DNA of 64,000 nucleotides from Octopus sinensis (GCF_006345805.1 NC_043002.1:75392001-75456000); one strand, 5' to 3'; positions 12,484-27,207 are shown, counted from the first letter of the stretch. The notes: generated by a model not told the origin, from the letters alone. A program made the numbers and translations.

Positions 12484-13148
12484 ATCTGGTGCACACATTA
12501 TCAAAACTGACAGAGGATTCGTGTGTGGGTGTGTGAGTGAGCATATTTAAATATTTCTACATATAAATAGTAATTTCAAAGGTACATATCATAGTGGTTA
12601 AAACGTCCAGTTCATGACTATAAGACTACAGGTTCAATTCCTGGATTGTGCTGTGCATTGTGTTCTTGTGCAGGCATTTAGTTTCATCCTGCTCAGCTAC
12701 AATAATCACCAGCTGAGTGTTGGTACAGCCTGCTCTCCCTCTATGTTCTATTGAGTCAAGAATAAGGTAGCCTAAATGATGTCTATGTCTGCATGTGATT
12801 ATATGAACATCAAAACATCCATATTACCAAGGCATATTTGCTCATGGTATGATAATACAGTGTCGGTTCTTTGACTGGTATTTCTAGTGAACAACCATGT
12901 GAGAGCATTTGTTTAGGAAGATTAAGTTTTTTTATTGGCAGCAATATAGTGTAATGTTGGAAAAATACATATATGAAATAGGATAATGCAGATATAAAAT
13001 TTCCTGTCTGAAACATTAGATTTATCGTTTTATTGAATACCCATCTAAGAATTATTGTTCCAAAATTAGGTAAGAACATTTTTATTGAAAGCCATTTTTA
13101 TTTTTCTTAAGAGTTGAAGGAAAATGAGTATTTTTTTTTCATATATCG

Positions 13149-13373
13149 TAACTCTTTAGTATTCAGATTACTCTGTCAAATGTAATGCTTGTTTATTCTC
13201 ATTGTTTTGAATTAATCATGCATTATCTCACAGCTGTGGTACTTCCATCGTGGATTGTTTATTTTTAGAATGACATTGTAGGATATGTCTGAGAAGCCAG
13301 ATATGGGTAGTATGAACATAAAAGAGGTAGAATATTTGAGCTGGATATCTTGGTTTAACTGCTAAAGAGTTAA
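13149..13373 (+). mobile_element. piggyBac-type MITE, family P1
   Basis: taactctttagta ... tgctaaagagttaa inverted ends; ~225-bp body shared with other copies. Confidence 0.8.
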
Positions 13374-14913
13374 AAGAAAGGTGAAATTTTTAATGGATAT
13401 AGTCCCATGTTAATGATTGTATTTTGCACACGAACAAGCACATGCGTGGCTGCATGAGTTAAGAACTTTCCTTCAGAAATATGTGATTTGGGTTCACCCC
13501 TGTTGACATCCTTTACAGTATCTGTAGGTTGACCAATACCATGCCACTGGAATTTTGTAGATGGTAATTGGAAGAATCCCATCATGTGTGTGTGTTTATA
13601 AATACATACAAATATACACACACTCACTCATTGTAAATGGTTGGTATTGGGAAGGGCATCCAGTTGTAGAAACCATGCCAAAGCAGGCATTAAAACTTGG
13701 TACAGTTCTCTGGCTCATTGCTTCCTGTTAAATCATATAATCCATGCCAGCATAGAAAGCAGATGTTAAAGGGTGATGACGTTGATAATGATAATGATGG
13801 TGGCAGTGGTGGTGCCCATAATCTCCTTCTTTTCACTATTCATATACATGGTGTCGGTTGTTGGTGATTCTCTGCAGAAACATGTCTGGGTTGTTCATCG
13901 TTTGTTAGACTGGAAGGGTTATTGTTGGTAACAGGAAAGGCAATGAACTATAGAAAATTTTGTCTTAACAAATTTTTTGCGTGACCTACACATCGTGGAA
14001 GATTGGATATGAAAGTGATGATGACAAAGATGATGGCAGCGATGACCTGTTTAAGCTGCTTAGTATATATTTCTGTACAAAGTTCAGTTTACAAAAAATA
14101 AAGCTGGTTCCCAAGATTGGTGGTTTAACAGACTCTAGGATGCCAATGATATGATGCCGGTCACAGAAGGAAAAACAACTTGATACGAATGAAGTTGGAA
14201 ACCAAAATAAAACAAGAATCTCTTCGTGACTTGATACAAAATCAAAGCTATGTAAACGAGAATAATGGATGATTATACATTCTTGTTTTATATTTTTTAC
14301 TTTGCCCTTTGCGTATGATTGATAAATGAAAGTTGATAGGTTTTTATCCCCAAGATCCAAGGTCAACAGTGTCTCTGAATACAGAATTGAAGTTAAAAAG
14401 ATATGTGACATTGGCTCACATCATTCTGTCTTAAATGACTTCTGCTCTGGAAAATTTCTTTTCTCTCAAATGAAGGATCATCCCAGAAATGTCAGATTGT
14501 CCTTGCTCCCATGACACATAACCGTATCCAAACACATGAATTTCTCTGTATAGTTTTTGCCAATTTAGACTAACACTAAAATATGTAAATACACACACAT
14601 GTATTTACTTATGTTGGTTTATGTTAGATGAATGAGAGAGGAGTGCTCAACACATGTAGACGATATGGCTTAAAACATTTTTTTTTTTATCAAAACTAAA
14701 ACTGAGAGTTTATGCCACTGGTCTTCAGGTGAGAATTCTAAAAACTATGTGTGTGTGATGTTCATTGTTTTTTTTTTTTTTGTCGTTTAGAAATTTAAGG
14801 ATGTACTTATTGCATGAAAAACAAGTGAATGTTCATTTGGCATCATTTTCTAAGAAGGGCCCTGCCTGAGACACCAGAACTCACTTCTTTTCATGGTACT
14901 TACACACACTTTA

Positions 14914-15054
<141 letters not shown>

Positions 15055-15505
15055 GTAATCAATTTTTAATGAAAGTGTCATCGTCTTCAAAATGTGGTAC
15101 TGGCACAGGTTGCTTTAAGTCCTGTCGATGTTTTGAGCAGTGAATGTGGTGGACATTTTAAGAGATGACAGGAAAATGTTATCTTTAGAAGGCATAATTT
15201 TACTGCAATGAAACAGTGAAACTATATCAGTTTGGAGATATCTCCATGTGGAATGACTTCATTTTTTAGGCTGGTGATTAGTATCAGTGTAGTAGAGCTA
15301 AATGAGAAATGGTCAGACAACATAAAAGTGGCCACATGTTTTCATTTGAAGGAGTTGCATTTAATAGTCAATTATTTAAGATATTGGAGATCTGTAGTTG
15401 TGGACTGCCACCAGATATTCTATCTCAGTATCAATTCTTGTCCAAACCGTGCTAGCATGGAAAAGCAGACAAAACAGACTGTTGTAACATTTGGTAGACA
15501 AAAAG

Positions 15506-15736
15506 TTGATCCTTTAGCATTTCAACCAGCCAAATCTAGCCCAAATATACTACTTATTTTATGTTCAAACTGATTATAACTGGCCTCTCACACCCACTCC
15601 ACTGTGTTATTCCCAAAATATATATTATCATATCACTGAAATCGTGAAGCTATAAGATAATGCAGGATTAGTTCAAAAATGATGTGAATAAAGAAACATT
15701 ACATTTGACAGAGTAATCTGAATACTAAAGGGTTAA
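15506..15736 (-). mobile_element. Family P1 MITE copy
   Basis: cctttagcatt ... aatactaaagggttaa; body is the reverse complement of 13149-13373. Confidence 0.8.
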
Positions 15737-16029
15737 AGAAATCCTTCATATGTATATGTGTTTGTATCTCCTTGTCTTGGCACCTTGTGAGAGTTGTAAA
15801 TGAGTTTCAACATCATGCAAGTGATGTCATTTATTTCCAGGCTTCCATGAAAACATGTCAAGTCATGGGGATATATATATATTTCTTTGCTAGAAGTCAG
15901 GTGACAGTTGGTGACAGGAAGAGCATCCAGCTGTAGAAAATCTGCCTTAATGAATTCCATCTAACTCTTGCAAGCATGGGAAACTAGATCTTAAAATGAT
16001 GATGTTGATGATGACAGTGACTCAATTTT

Positions 16030-16430
16030 TGTGTGTAAACATGTTGGTAAGATGTCTGCTTCCCAACCTCATGGTCACAGATTCAGTCTCACTAAGTGGC
16101 ACCTTGGACATATGTCTTCCACTATAGCCATGGGTCAACCAAAGCCTTGTGAGTGGATTTGGTGGATGGAAACTGAAAGAAGCCTGTTGTGTGTGTGTAG
16201 GTGTAGGGGGGCTTTGTATTTGTCCCTCACCACTACTTGGTAACCAGTGTTGGTGTGTTTATGTCCCCCATAACCTAGCTGTTTGGCAAAAGGAACCAAT
16301 AGCATAAATACTACGCTTTAAAAAAATAAAACGGAATTAAGTTCTGGTATTGATTCGATTGACTAAAATTCTTCAATGTGCAGCCTCAGCATAGCCACAG
16401 TCTAATGATTGAATCAAGAAAAAGATAAAA
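16030..16430 (+). mobile_element. SINE family A (diverged)
   Basis: ggcaccttgg...aaagccttgtgagtggatttgg...cacagtctaatgattgaa. Confidence 0.8.
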
Positions 16431-19400
16431 TATATATGTAGTAATTTGCTCTGTGTGTGCACATGCATGCATGCATGAGGGAGAGAGAGAGAGAGAGAGA
16501 GAGAAAGAGGAAGCATCATATTGAAAACTCAATTTCTGAAGGGGACAAAATGGTGAATCCTTGTGGAATTTATTATAAAGTAAGACTATTCATTTCTTGT
16601 GAATTTCACCAACATGCATCTCATGTGGAATATGTTTAAGATTTTAAAGGAGTTGTAGTGTGAATTTTGTGCAGTTAGGTAAAGTTACACTGACAGTTAC
16701 CATAGCTTCCAGGGTGTTAAGTGTTTCAAAGATATCTTTTTGACATCAGTGCATCCCAAGAGAGGATTGAACTTCAGTATTGTAAGTTATCAAAACATCA
16801 GTTATACAGTAGTTGTTGTCATTTATAGTAAGGAACTGTATATTTCCATCATGCTTATTTAGTGACAAGTCAACTAAGGCTTTGAGAGGTAAATGTCTCA
16901 ACACAATGCTGAAGATTGAATGTGAACCCACAAACATTACATTTGTAAAAGTCTCACTCTAATCACATTGCTAGCTATGGCTGTCATATTTTATACTGAC
17001 TGGAACTTCATATTAACCTGTAAACCGAATATGTTTGAATGTAATTATTTCTGTAACTCTTCTTTGTGTAAATGTGCTACTCCTCTCTCTTTCTCTCACT
17101 CATACACACACACACACACACACTCTCTCAATATTTTTTGAAAGATTTATTTCTATTAAACCCTGGATTTCATTGAAAGCAAGTTTTGTAAAAAGAAGGG
17201 TTGTCAGTCTTGTCTCACTTGCACGGCTTCACCAATCCGTTTCTTTATTATATTATGGGTTTTTTTTATTTAAATATTTGTAGGTTCTTTTTTGTTTAAT
17301 GTTTTTATCTCTGTGATATTTCTCATAATGCAGTCATGTTCAAATACAGAGAATCTCCAAATTAAATTTTCTTTTTTTTTTAATTCACCATATTAATTAA
17401 TGTAAAAACAGAAATTATGAAGTTCTATTAACAATATGGAAAATGTGTAATGGAAAGAGCTGAGATGCAGAGAAAGGATGACTATTACACAAATTAGTAC
17501 TTTTTATGATTAATGATTCTAAGTAGAGCAAATATGGTTATGATAACATTTCACAGATGGTTGGCAGAAACAAGACTAGAACTATGTGCAGAGAGGTTAC
17601 TGGGTTAGTCTCTTTGACCCATGTTTCTTTGAAAATTTTTTTCACAGAAATGTAAATACTTGCTGTTATTTTTGTCTTCTTGTTTTGTCGCTGAGAAAAA
17701 TGGTTTTGAGTAGGTGGAAGGGTAAAGATCATATAATTACTGATGCAATATTGTTTTGACATTGAAAAGATGCCAACATTGAGGGTGGCATCACTTTAAC
17801 ATTTGAAAAGCTAGTGTGGAATCCTGGCATAAAGCACTTGGTGGTATCAGCGATGATAATGTGACAGCTTACTTTACTGATCAACTTAGCTTGTAGATTA
17901 TATTTTATTTTGTAGTTATATGCGTTCTGCCGCTTCAGCTACAGATGCTGATTAGATCTTTGTTTTCATGGTACCATCAAACTCTCATACATTCTAACAT
18001 TGAGAAACACAGTTTGCAACCATCCCTCCACATCACTCTGAACTGTTTTCATTCTTACATTCTTTCACATAATTGAATTACTTTCTTTGTTGTCTTGTGC
18101 ATTAAACTCTCTATACTAGCTGCTACCATCTACTTGCAAATCATAGAGATTTCTTTACCCAGCTCTTATTATTCATTCCATTTATATCTTTATACTAATC
18201 AGATTATCTTTCCCTTGTGTTTGTTTGTATGGTGCGTGTGTGAGATAGAGAGATCAGGAGAGATAGAGAGGTTGTACTCATAAATTCTTAGCCTCATAGT
18301 TCTGTTTATAGCCACTAATTTAACTTGGTATTTATACAGATCTAGATAATAATTCACTTGCTAACTGATGATAACTGAAGATAAACCCACAGAGAAGTGC
18401 TGTTCACATCTGTGGAATGGTGTTGTTTCTACATACACTAATATCATACACCAAGTCTAAAAGAAGGGACATTTGACTAATTATTAAAAATTCAATTGTA
18501 CAAACATAATATAATCATAAGCATACAGATTCCCTTTTTTACCCCTCTGTTTTCCCTCTTCTAACCAACTCAACTTGTTCTAGTCATCTTTTCCCCTCTT
18601 GTCACCCCTACAGTATTTTACTGCCCCCTCCCGCACAAAAATATTTTTCTTTCCAATCCTTCCTTCCAAGACCTGCAGCCTTCTGAAATCCCCCTTTCCT
18701 TGTTTTCCTTCCAAACACAGTAGATGTATTAGCTGAGTTTCAACTACATCAGTAACACCTAGCAACGTCTAGTAGGGCCTGCTAAAGTCAAAGAGAAACT
18801 ACATCTCATCTTCTCACTATCTCCTTTAAAAAAATGTTTCCAGTTTATTCAATTTATCATTTGAAGTGAGCGGAGTCAGACAAGATTCTAACTGCAGTTG
18901 ACTTGCCAAAAATTTATTCCAAATTCTGAAGTTATGATACAAAAGCTTCTATCCTAAATGAAGCTCTTATTATTGGATATGGAAAAGATGTGTTGATATA
19001 TAAGTTCTGAATCTTGTGCAGCCCTCATCTTTTGCATTGTTGAAACGGCACCATAGAACTGTAACTTACACATATTTTATGAATGTCTACAGTTATAGAC
19101 TGGTGTTGATTGTTTTTCGAATCATCATAACATTTTTACTTTGAACTGAATAGAGTTAGCTGAGGTTACTATGTGAAGGAGACATCCAGAATATTTCTCC
19201 AGATTTTACTCTTGCCTTGTTTGGTTGCTTACGGCAGCCCTTCAAAGGTGATGACAGTGTCGTCACCCCAAGACATTCATCCTCCTCCACCTCCAGCACA
19301 TGGTTTTCCAATCCCACTGCATAACCCCTTAGGCAAGTGTCTTCTACTATTGCTTTGGGTTGACCAAAAGTCCTGCGAGTAGAATTTTGTCGATGGACAC

Positions 19401-19455
19401 TACAAAAGTACATTTGATGAAGTAAACACTTAGGCGTCAATGGATGATAGCTTTT

Positions 19456-19556
19456 GAAACATCAGTTGATGATGTCTGCTGCTCTCTAATAAAACATCAG
19501 TTGGTGATGCCTGCTGTTTGCTAATGAAACATCAGTTGATGGTGTCCACTATTTAC
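19456..19556. repeat. 35-bp minisatellite x3
   Basis: (g/a)aaacatcagttg at 19456, 19491 and 19526. Confidence 0.9.
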
Positions 19557-21676
19557 GGAGTAAAAACTGCAAAATAGGTGTTTGTTGAGTGGGGAGAGCA
19601 GAAGGCATGATTATTTAATGAAGAAAGACCAAATGTGTTTCCAGTTCGCTGAGTGCATGTCATTGAAGGTTAATGGTGATTACCTATCTATATTTTCATG
19701 GAAGGTATTTAAAATGATAGAAACCTTGTGATCCATAAATGCATCGTATTATATCTGTATGTATGCAATCGTTAAGTATTGGAATGCATGGGTACATGCA
19801 TACGTTTATTTAGAATTATATATGCAAATACTCATATACACATCGCCCTCCCCACTCCATTTCTGCATATTCTCTTTCTCTCTCACACACACACCTTTCA
19901 ACAGTCCTCCACTAAGATAATGAGTTAGTGTGACAATGAGAAAGTGGCGAGAGAAAATATTTTTTCCCAAGCATTGCTACTTTTTTTTTTTTTATCATTT
20001 AAAATTTTTTAAATATTTTTTACTCTTATTATTTCAAATTGTGGTCTTGAATACTAATTAATTCCGATATGGATTCCAAGTGACATCTTGACTTTTTAAA
20101 ACATGTGAATTAAGTAAAGTAGAAATTGAAGACTTTGAAAATATTTATCGTTTAGACACACACAGTGAAGGCATAGCTATCACAAAACTATTTGACAGAT
20201 TATATTTAACAAAGAAATTAAAAAATAGAATAAAATAAAATGACTGACAAATTTGGTAATGCTTATTTTAAAGTTTGGTTATTTATGTTTTTTATTTATC
20301 CATTTATTATTGTTGTTGTTAGTATTTTTATTATTGATTAATTTGTTTTTGTGTTCTGATGTTTTGTGTCTGCAATTTATTACAAATTAGAAATGAAAAG
20401 AGAAGTGTGAAAATTCAATGAGGAATTTTCTGGTTTCCAACTTTACAGATAATATTCTTTGAGAGTAAGAAAAACAAAAACCCTTTGGAAAAAAATTAAA
20501 AAAGAAAGAAAAAGCAAAAATTAAATTATCTGTTGTAAATGATTGAAATTTTGTTGTTGAATGAAATGAGATTTAACAAAAGCATTTGTAAATCTGTCTT
20601 CTTTTTCTTAACCAGTCAACATAGATTTCTATGCTGCAAATTGCTCGACAGAAGAAAATTGCTCTCATGATCATGTTTTTAATCAGTACAGTTAGTGTGT
20701 GTGTGTGTGAGTGTGCATACATGGACATATGCACATGTGTGTGTGCGCGCGTGCATGCATGCATACGTGAATGTGTGTGTGTATGTATTTAAGGTGGTGG
20801 TTATTGATATTTGTCGAGATTTTTCAGATCATTATCCTCTTTGTTTCCACTTGTTAAACAACATATCAGTCTGAGACCTTACGCTTATCTTTAGCATTGA
20901 TATTATCTGTTTATCTCTGCAACAATGTCTACACATGCACGCATTTTTACTCATTCACCTGGATGCACAAATTCATTTTCCAAACACACACACACACACA
21001 CATTCTATGAAGCGACTATCGGCTTGCTTGCATGCACACACACATGCATGCATAAGTCTGTTGAACACATTTTCATCCTTACTTGTGAACACATATGCTT
21101 CATAAATATGCATTACACATAAACATAAAGCCATTCACATTTTCTCATCTTTCTCTTTTCTCTCTCTTTTTCCCAGTTTCTCTCCCTCTTTTGCTCTCTC
21201 TCTCCTTACCAACACATCCTGTTTTATTTTTGTTACTGTGTTAATTCAGATAATTACGTAATGAACTGCTCTTATTCCTTCTAGTTCTTGGCCCTGGTTT
21301 TGTAGCATTAAGCAAATGACAAGCAAATCTGCTTCTGGGAGAGGCTGTTAGTTCACCACAGGTAACCTTCTAAGACTTCAGGTTTTTGTTTGTCTGAGCT
21401 ATTTTAAACTGGAAGTTGTGAGCTAAAAGTTGAAAGTGTATCTTTCCCAAACATATAATAGAAGGTCAGCAGTGGATATTGAATTCATAACCGTGAGCAG
21501 GTTACTTAATACTGTGTTTATTCAGTCTCTTGATTTATTGACCTATGTTCTGTTGGACACATATGATACACGAGACTGATAGAATAATTACCAGGCTTTA
21601 AAAAATCCTTCAAGGCAATACCTCAGCTCTGGTTTTAGTCTAATGATTAAAACAAGTGTAAGATAAAAGATTTAGT

Positions 21677-21907
21677 TTAACCCTTTAGCATTCAGATTAA
21701 TTTATCAAATGTAATTCCTCTTTATCCACATTTTAAAAAAAAATCAATCATGTAATTACCTTGTAGCTTCAAGAGTTTGAGAATATGACCAGTTATTTTT
21801 AGAATTATATTGTGGATAGTTGAGAGAATCGGGATTTGGTCAGTTTCAGCATAAAACAGGTAGAATATTTGGGCTGGATATAGCTAGATTAAACACTAAA
21901 GGATTAA
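21677..21907 (+). mobile_element. Family P1 MITE copy
   Basis: TTAA-ccctttagcatt ... actaaagga-TTAA. Confidence 0.82.
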
Positions 21908-23476
21908 GTAGATATACTTGTTGTTCTTGTTATTTCATTTGTAACTCTTGTTTACTTTCATCTCATTCCACATGAAAATAAGATTTTGCTGTGATATTGT
22001 CATGGAGGTGGCCCCCAATTGTTATCAAGTTTAGCACCTTTTTTTTTTAAAGTTAGATGATACAGGTTATTACTATTACTATTTAATCCTGAATTAATTC
22101 TGACTGAACAAACTCTGAATGAAGGTATTGCAACTCTGATCATCTCAGCTTTTTAGGGGTACCTACAACTATGTCATATGTCCTCCCCCCACTCTTTATA
22201 AAAGAGTGTAGAGTTGATTTGAGGGGTATTTGATGGTTGATTCTAGAAGGTCAAATGACTACATGAGAGATCCTCTGTTTTGTATGATCAGTGCTTCCTT
22301 TATTGCAAGGTAGTGAAGATTGCAACTCTTGTTACAGAGTTGGTTATTATTCTTGGCAGAATTGTTAGAGCGTTGGTGAAAATTGCTGGTTTAGTGATAG
22401 GTGCAATGATCTGCTATTCTTTATTATTATCATCATCATCATCATTTAATGCCAATGCTAGCATAGATTGGATGGTTTGACAAGGATTTAATGAGTCAAG
22501 GACTGCATCATATTCCAGTGTCTGTTTTGGCATGATTTCTATGGCTGGATGCCCTTCTTAATGCCAGCCACTTTACAGTGTGTAGTGGGTGCTTTTTTCA
22601 TACCATTGGCATTATTGGGGTTGCCATTTAGCATTTTAATGGCAACAACTGATTGTATTTCAGTGAAAGCACATAGCCTAGTGGTTAGGGTGTTGTACCC
22701 ACGATTGCAAGGTCATGGTTTTGATGTCTGATCTCGGTAGTGCATTGTGGTCTTGAGCAAAACTCTTCCTTTTGTGTTGCTGCAGTCCACTAAGCTGTAA
22801 CTGAGTAACGCTGTGATGGAATGGCTTCTTGTTCTGGAGAAATGTTGTAATTGGGGTTTCTTAGAAGCCATGAAAATTGGGTGACTGGACCTATGAATCC
22901 TTGGACATGAGACACTAATGCCCAGTGACTGGTGATGCTGATTTTTTGTGCTTTAGGGATTCTCTCTATTAGCTTGATATCTACAAATGACAGCCCTCCA
23001 TTGGTGGACTGGTGGTAACTAAATTTCCAACTAATACTTATCGTCTGTTTTTCATTGGTTAAATATTAAAAACAAAAAAAAAAAAGGTAAAACAGGAACA
23101 TGGAAATTCTAACTTGTGTTTCTTGTTTCTTTCTTGAAAGTGGTTTATAAATAAAGCTATTTGTCTTCTTTTCAGAAATTTAAATAATCAATATCTTTCT
23201 CCCTTCTCTCCTTTCGCTATCTCTTCCCTCTCCCTCCTGCCCTCCTTCACCTCATTGTTAGATTTATCTCTTCAATTTTTTTTTTTTTTTGGTTTTCTAT
23301 CTTGCCTTGGTTTCCATCCTCCTGCTCTTCCCTATCTACTCCTCCTTCCTTTTGAATATTCTTGGTGAAGTTGTTTTGGCTTTTTTTTTTTTATTATCTC
23401 TTATTTCTCCCAGCCTTCTTTCTGTTTTTTTTTTACTCTTGTGTTTTTGTTCTTACAGTTGTTGTTATTATCATTC

Positions 23477-23511
<35 letters not shown>

Positions 23512-23919
23512 GAGCTTCTTCAGCAACAAACAATCTCTTTTTCTCTTCATGTAATTAAATGCATCCATTTTTTTTTCTTATTTATTTAAAAAAAATTTTT
23601 TTTCCATGATGTTTTCTGGAGTCTCTGAAAACAAAAACACTAACAAAAAAAACAAAAAACAAGCTGAAACAATTCTTCCTACATTAAAATATTGAAATTA
23701 CAGTGAAATATTCTATTTTTCAAGATTATATTATATTATAAAATATAATTGTCTGCAGGGCTGTTGTTGCTGAGTGGTTAAAATTCTTGGCTACTTACTT
23801 GCATTTCTAAAAAGGTTCAGAACTAACCAAAATAGTTTTACTCGGCCAACTGGGTTGCTGGATGAATTACTTCCTCACTAGGATTATGCTACCACTTCTG
23901 TGCTGGCTCTGATGATCTC

Positions 23920-24135
23920 TTTTTTTTTTACTCTTTTACTTGTTTCAGTCATTTGACTGTGGCCATGCTGGAGCACCGCCTTTAATTGAGCAACTCGACC
24001 CCGGGACTTATTCTTTTGTAAGCCCAGTACTTATTCTATCGGTCTCTTTTGCCGAACCGCTAGGTAACGGGGACATAAACACACCAGCATCGGTTGTCAA
24101 GCAATGCTAGGGGGACAAACATAAACACACACATG

Positions 24136-24170
<35 letters not shown>

Positions 24171-24332
24171 GACAGGCTTCTTTCAGTTTCCATCTACCAA
24201 ATCCACTCACAAAGCTTTGGTCTGCCCGAGGCTATAGTAGAAGACACTTACCCAAGGTGCCATGCAGTGGGATTGAACCTGGAAGCATGTGGTTGGTAAG
24301 CAAGCTACTTACCACACAGCCACTCCTGCGCC
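23920..24332 (-). mobile_element. SINE family A (full length, CpG-rich, young)
   Basis: Reverse complement of 59554-59932 end to end. Confidence 0.9.
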
Positions 24333-24795
24333 TGTGAATATTTAGATATTAAATATAACCCTTTTGTTACTGCATTTCTATTGAAATACCCTGCCTTTGT
24401 TTCAATGAATTTTGATACTTGAGAAGACCCATTGGAGCCAAGTGATATCATAGCCATAGCCGATACCAGTGTTGTGTAACTGGCACATATAAAGCACCTA
24501 CTACACTGCTTATTTATTTATCTCTTGGTCTTCCAGGTCGTCATTTCTCTTTGACAATTCTTTGTATCAATTTTGTTTCTGTTCTTTTTTCATTTTGTTT
24601 TATTACTTTTTTCTTCCTTAGCACGAATTGAATTTGATTGTAAATTGATTGGTATAATAATGAATGTATAATAATGAGTGAACTGTCATTCTCATACCAT
24701 GTCTTCCTTAATATACATATGATCTAGCTACCATCAATGCGTATAATAGGCAAGAAATTTCTCCAGCGCTAGAGGTTGGACTGTGGCTCACTATA

Positions 24796-26040
24796 TATAA
24801 GGTCATCTCTTAAATAATATGGTTCTTTATGCTTCTTTTATTTTTCAAAATTAAGATAAACAAAGTTCTTTTTTTATCTAAAATTTACCCTCCTTCAATT
24901 TCTACAATGCTCTTTCATCTATGTGGTAGACTTGCAAGGCCCATCTTCCAAAATTCACTTGTCTGTGACAAAAAATACTCCTTCAGTACTGTTCTGACCT
25001 CATCTACAGAATTCATATTTTCCCTGTCTAAATGCTTTTGAAGACTGCAGAATAAATGATAATGAGATGGGGCAATATCTGGCAAATATAGTGGGTGAGG
25101 TATCGTTTACCATTCAAACTACTCCAGCCTTTGGAATGTCATCTTTACTATCTGTGGCTGAGCATTATCCTGATGGAAGAACGCCTTTCATCTTGAAACT
25201 AAAGATGGCCGTTTTTCTCCTTGTGCTGACTTCAGCCACCCAAGCTGCTCACAGTAGATCTCCTTTGTTTTCATTTGGTTTGGGTTTAAGAGTTCAAAGT
25301 GGACTAAACCTTTCATATCCCACCAAACAGATAACAGTACCTTATGTGGTGAAGACCTCCTTTAATCTGGGTACCAGTGTTTCTCCTATCCTTACCCACT
25401 GTCTTTGGTGCCTGACATTTTTATAGAGAACCCATTTCTTGTCACCAGTCACTATTTATAAAGGTTCATTCGTGAGATATGGCAACAAAGAAGAACACAC
25501 ATTCACTCTTTGCATGCAATTAGATTCAGAAAGTTTGTGGGGAAACTCATTGACCCAATTTTCTGACTTTTCCGATGACACACAGGTGTCGATGAATGAC
25601 CAAATTCAAGCTTCTCTGCTAGTTCCTCAACAGTTACAATGGGATTTTGTTCCACCAGGGTATGCAGGATTTCCTTCTCAAGCTCTACAGATTTTCCAAG
25701 ATGAGGCTCATCTTCTAGGCTGTAGTTTCTGGCTCGGAATTTCTGGAACCACCATTGAGACTGGCTTACACTTGTTGTCTGATCCCCATATACTGCATTA
25801 ATATTCCTCGCACTTTCTGTTGCATTGTTGCCTTTATTGAACTCATAAAGCAAAATATGCTGAATATGCTCCTTTGTCAATTCCATTATAGCCTGGAAAA
25901 AATAACTGTTAAAATCAAACTGACTCTTCAAAACTTGCTCTAAGAATAAGTACAAGGTAAAATTACTACTTGCTTATATACCAAGTTGATGCAGGTAGTT
26001 TATCCTATCCCCCTCCAACTTTTATGGGATGACCCAATAT
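24796..26040 (-). mobile_element. Full-length decayed mariner (D,D34D) transposon
   Basis: HTH N-terminus MELTKEHIQHILLYEFNKG...; motifs IVTGDKKWVLY, FHQDNAQP and YLPDIAPSHYHLF (34-residue spacing, third D changed to H); C-terminus EFWKMGLASLPHR*. Stops and frameshifts present. TIRs tataaggtcatctcttaaa / tattgggtcatcccataaa (15/19) in TA context; ~1.25 kb. Confidence 0.93.
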
Positions 26041-26261
26041 ATATATATATCATCGTCATCATCATTTAGTGTCCATTGTCCATGCTGGTATGTGTTGAAC
26101 AGTTTAACTGGGGTGGAATGCTGGAAGGCTGCACCAGGATCCAATCTGATTTGGTATAGTTTTCTTCGGCTTGATCCCCTTTCTAATGCCAATTACTCCA
26201 AGAGTGTAATGGGTGCTTTTACATGCCACCGGCACAGGTGCCATTTGCGTGACACCGGTAT

Positions 26262-26930
26262 CTGATCAGAGGCAAAGTTGCAGAAAGTGTATGGAGAGGA
26301 GTGTATGAGCTGCACACAAGTGTATGAGTGGTTCAGATGTTTCCAAGATGGCTGAAAAAAATGTCGATATTGACGAATGTTTTGGTTGAGCCACTCCAGT
26401 AGGACTGAGAAAAACATCGCAGATCTGCCTACAGCTGTGAGGAGAAATCATTGAATCACCATCTATGAGTTATCAAAAGATGTGCAGATTAGTTACAATT
26501 CAGTTCAGTCCACTATCACTGAAGATTTTGAGTATGAGATGTGTGTCTGTGAAGTTTGTGCCAAAACTGATTTCAGCTGTCCAAAAATACACTCAGGTTT
26601 CAGTTGCACAAGTTCTCCATGATTGTGTTGAGTAGGATGAAAACTTTTTGTAAACTTTGCATAGGCCTCTGAGCAGGTATCGCCTAGTTTTTGGCAAAAT
26701 TTGATGCAGATTCTCTGATCAACTTTCTCTGTTATGTTCAATGTAATGACCACACACACACCTCCTTCCAAGCATTGCTGTAAACAGCAGAAGTGAGCTA
26801 GAATGTTAAAAATTAGTGCACATACACAGCGGGGTTTAAGGTCAATCTATGCTAAGCAGCTTCAGCTGGCATGCTTTAGTATCTTTACTATGATAACAGT
26901 CCAGGTACTTATTGATCAGACCACGTATGT
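26262..26930. mobile_element. Rearranged mariner fragment (5' part on -, continuation on +)
   Basis: Minus strand: TIR-like tacgtggtctgatcaataagta at ~26927, then EKVDQRICIKFCQKLGDTCSEAYAKF. Plus strand from ~26267: SEAKLQKVYGEECMSCTQVYEWFRCFQDG (mariner HTH continuation). Confidence 0.8.
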
Positions 26931-27207
26931 ACACACACATACATGACAAACTTCGTTAAGTTTCTGTCAACCAAGTTCACTCTCAATCCTTTGCTCTGCA
27001 TGGAGCTACAGTAGAAGATGCTTACCCAAGGTACCACACAGTGGAACAGAACCTAAATTTGGGAAATGAACTTCCTAACAACATAGTCATGCATGTGCCT
27101 GTCATATCAGTAAAGTAGATACCAGTAATAATCAGTACACTGATATCTAACTCTCGTCGTAAAACTTTCTCTGCCACTTAGAAATCTTATCAATATCTTA
27201 ATGCAGT

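Noticed and set aside
19456-19556. CRISPR-like array
   Set aside because: Three near-identical 35-bp units without spacers.
25503-25955. Domesticated SETMAR-like gene
   Set aside because: The rest of the transposase has stops, frameshifts and a lost catalytic Asp; TIRs remain; no SET domain.
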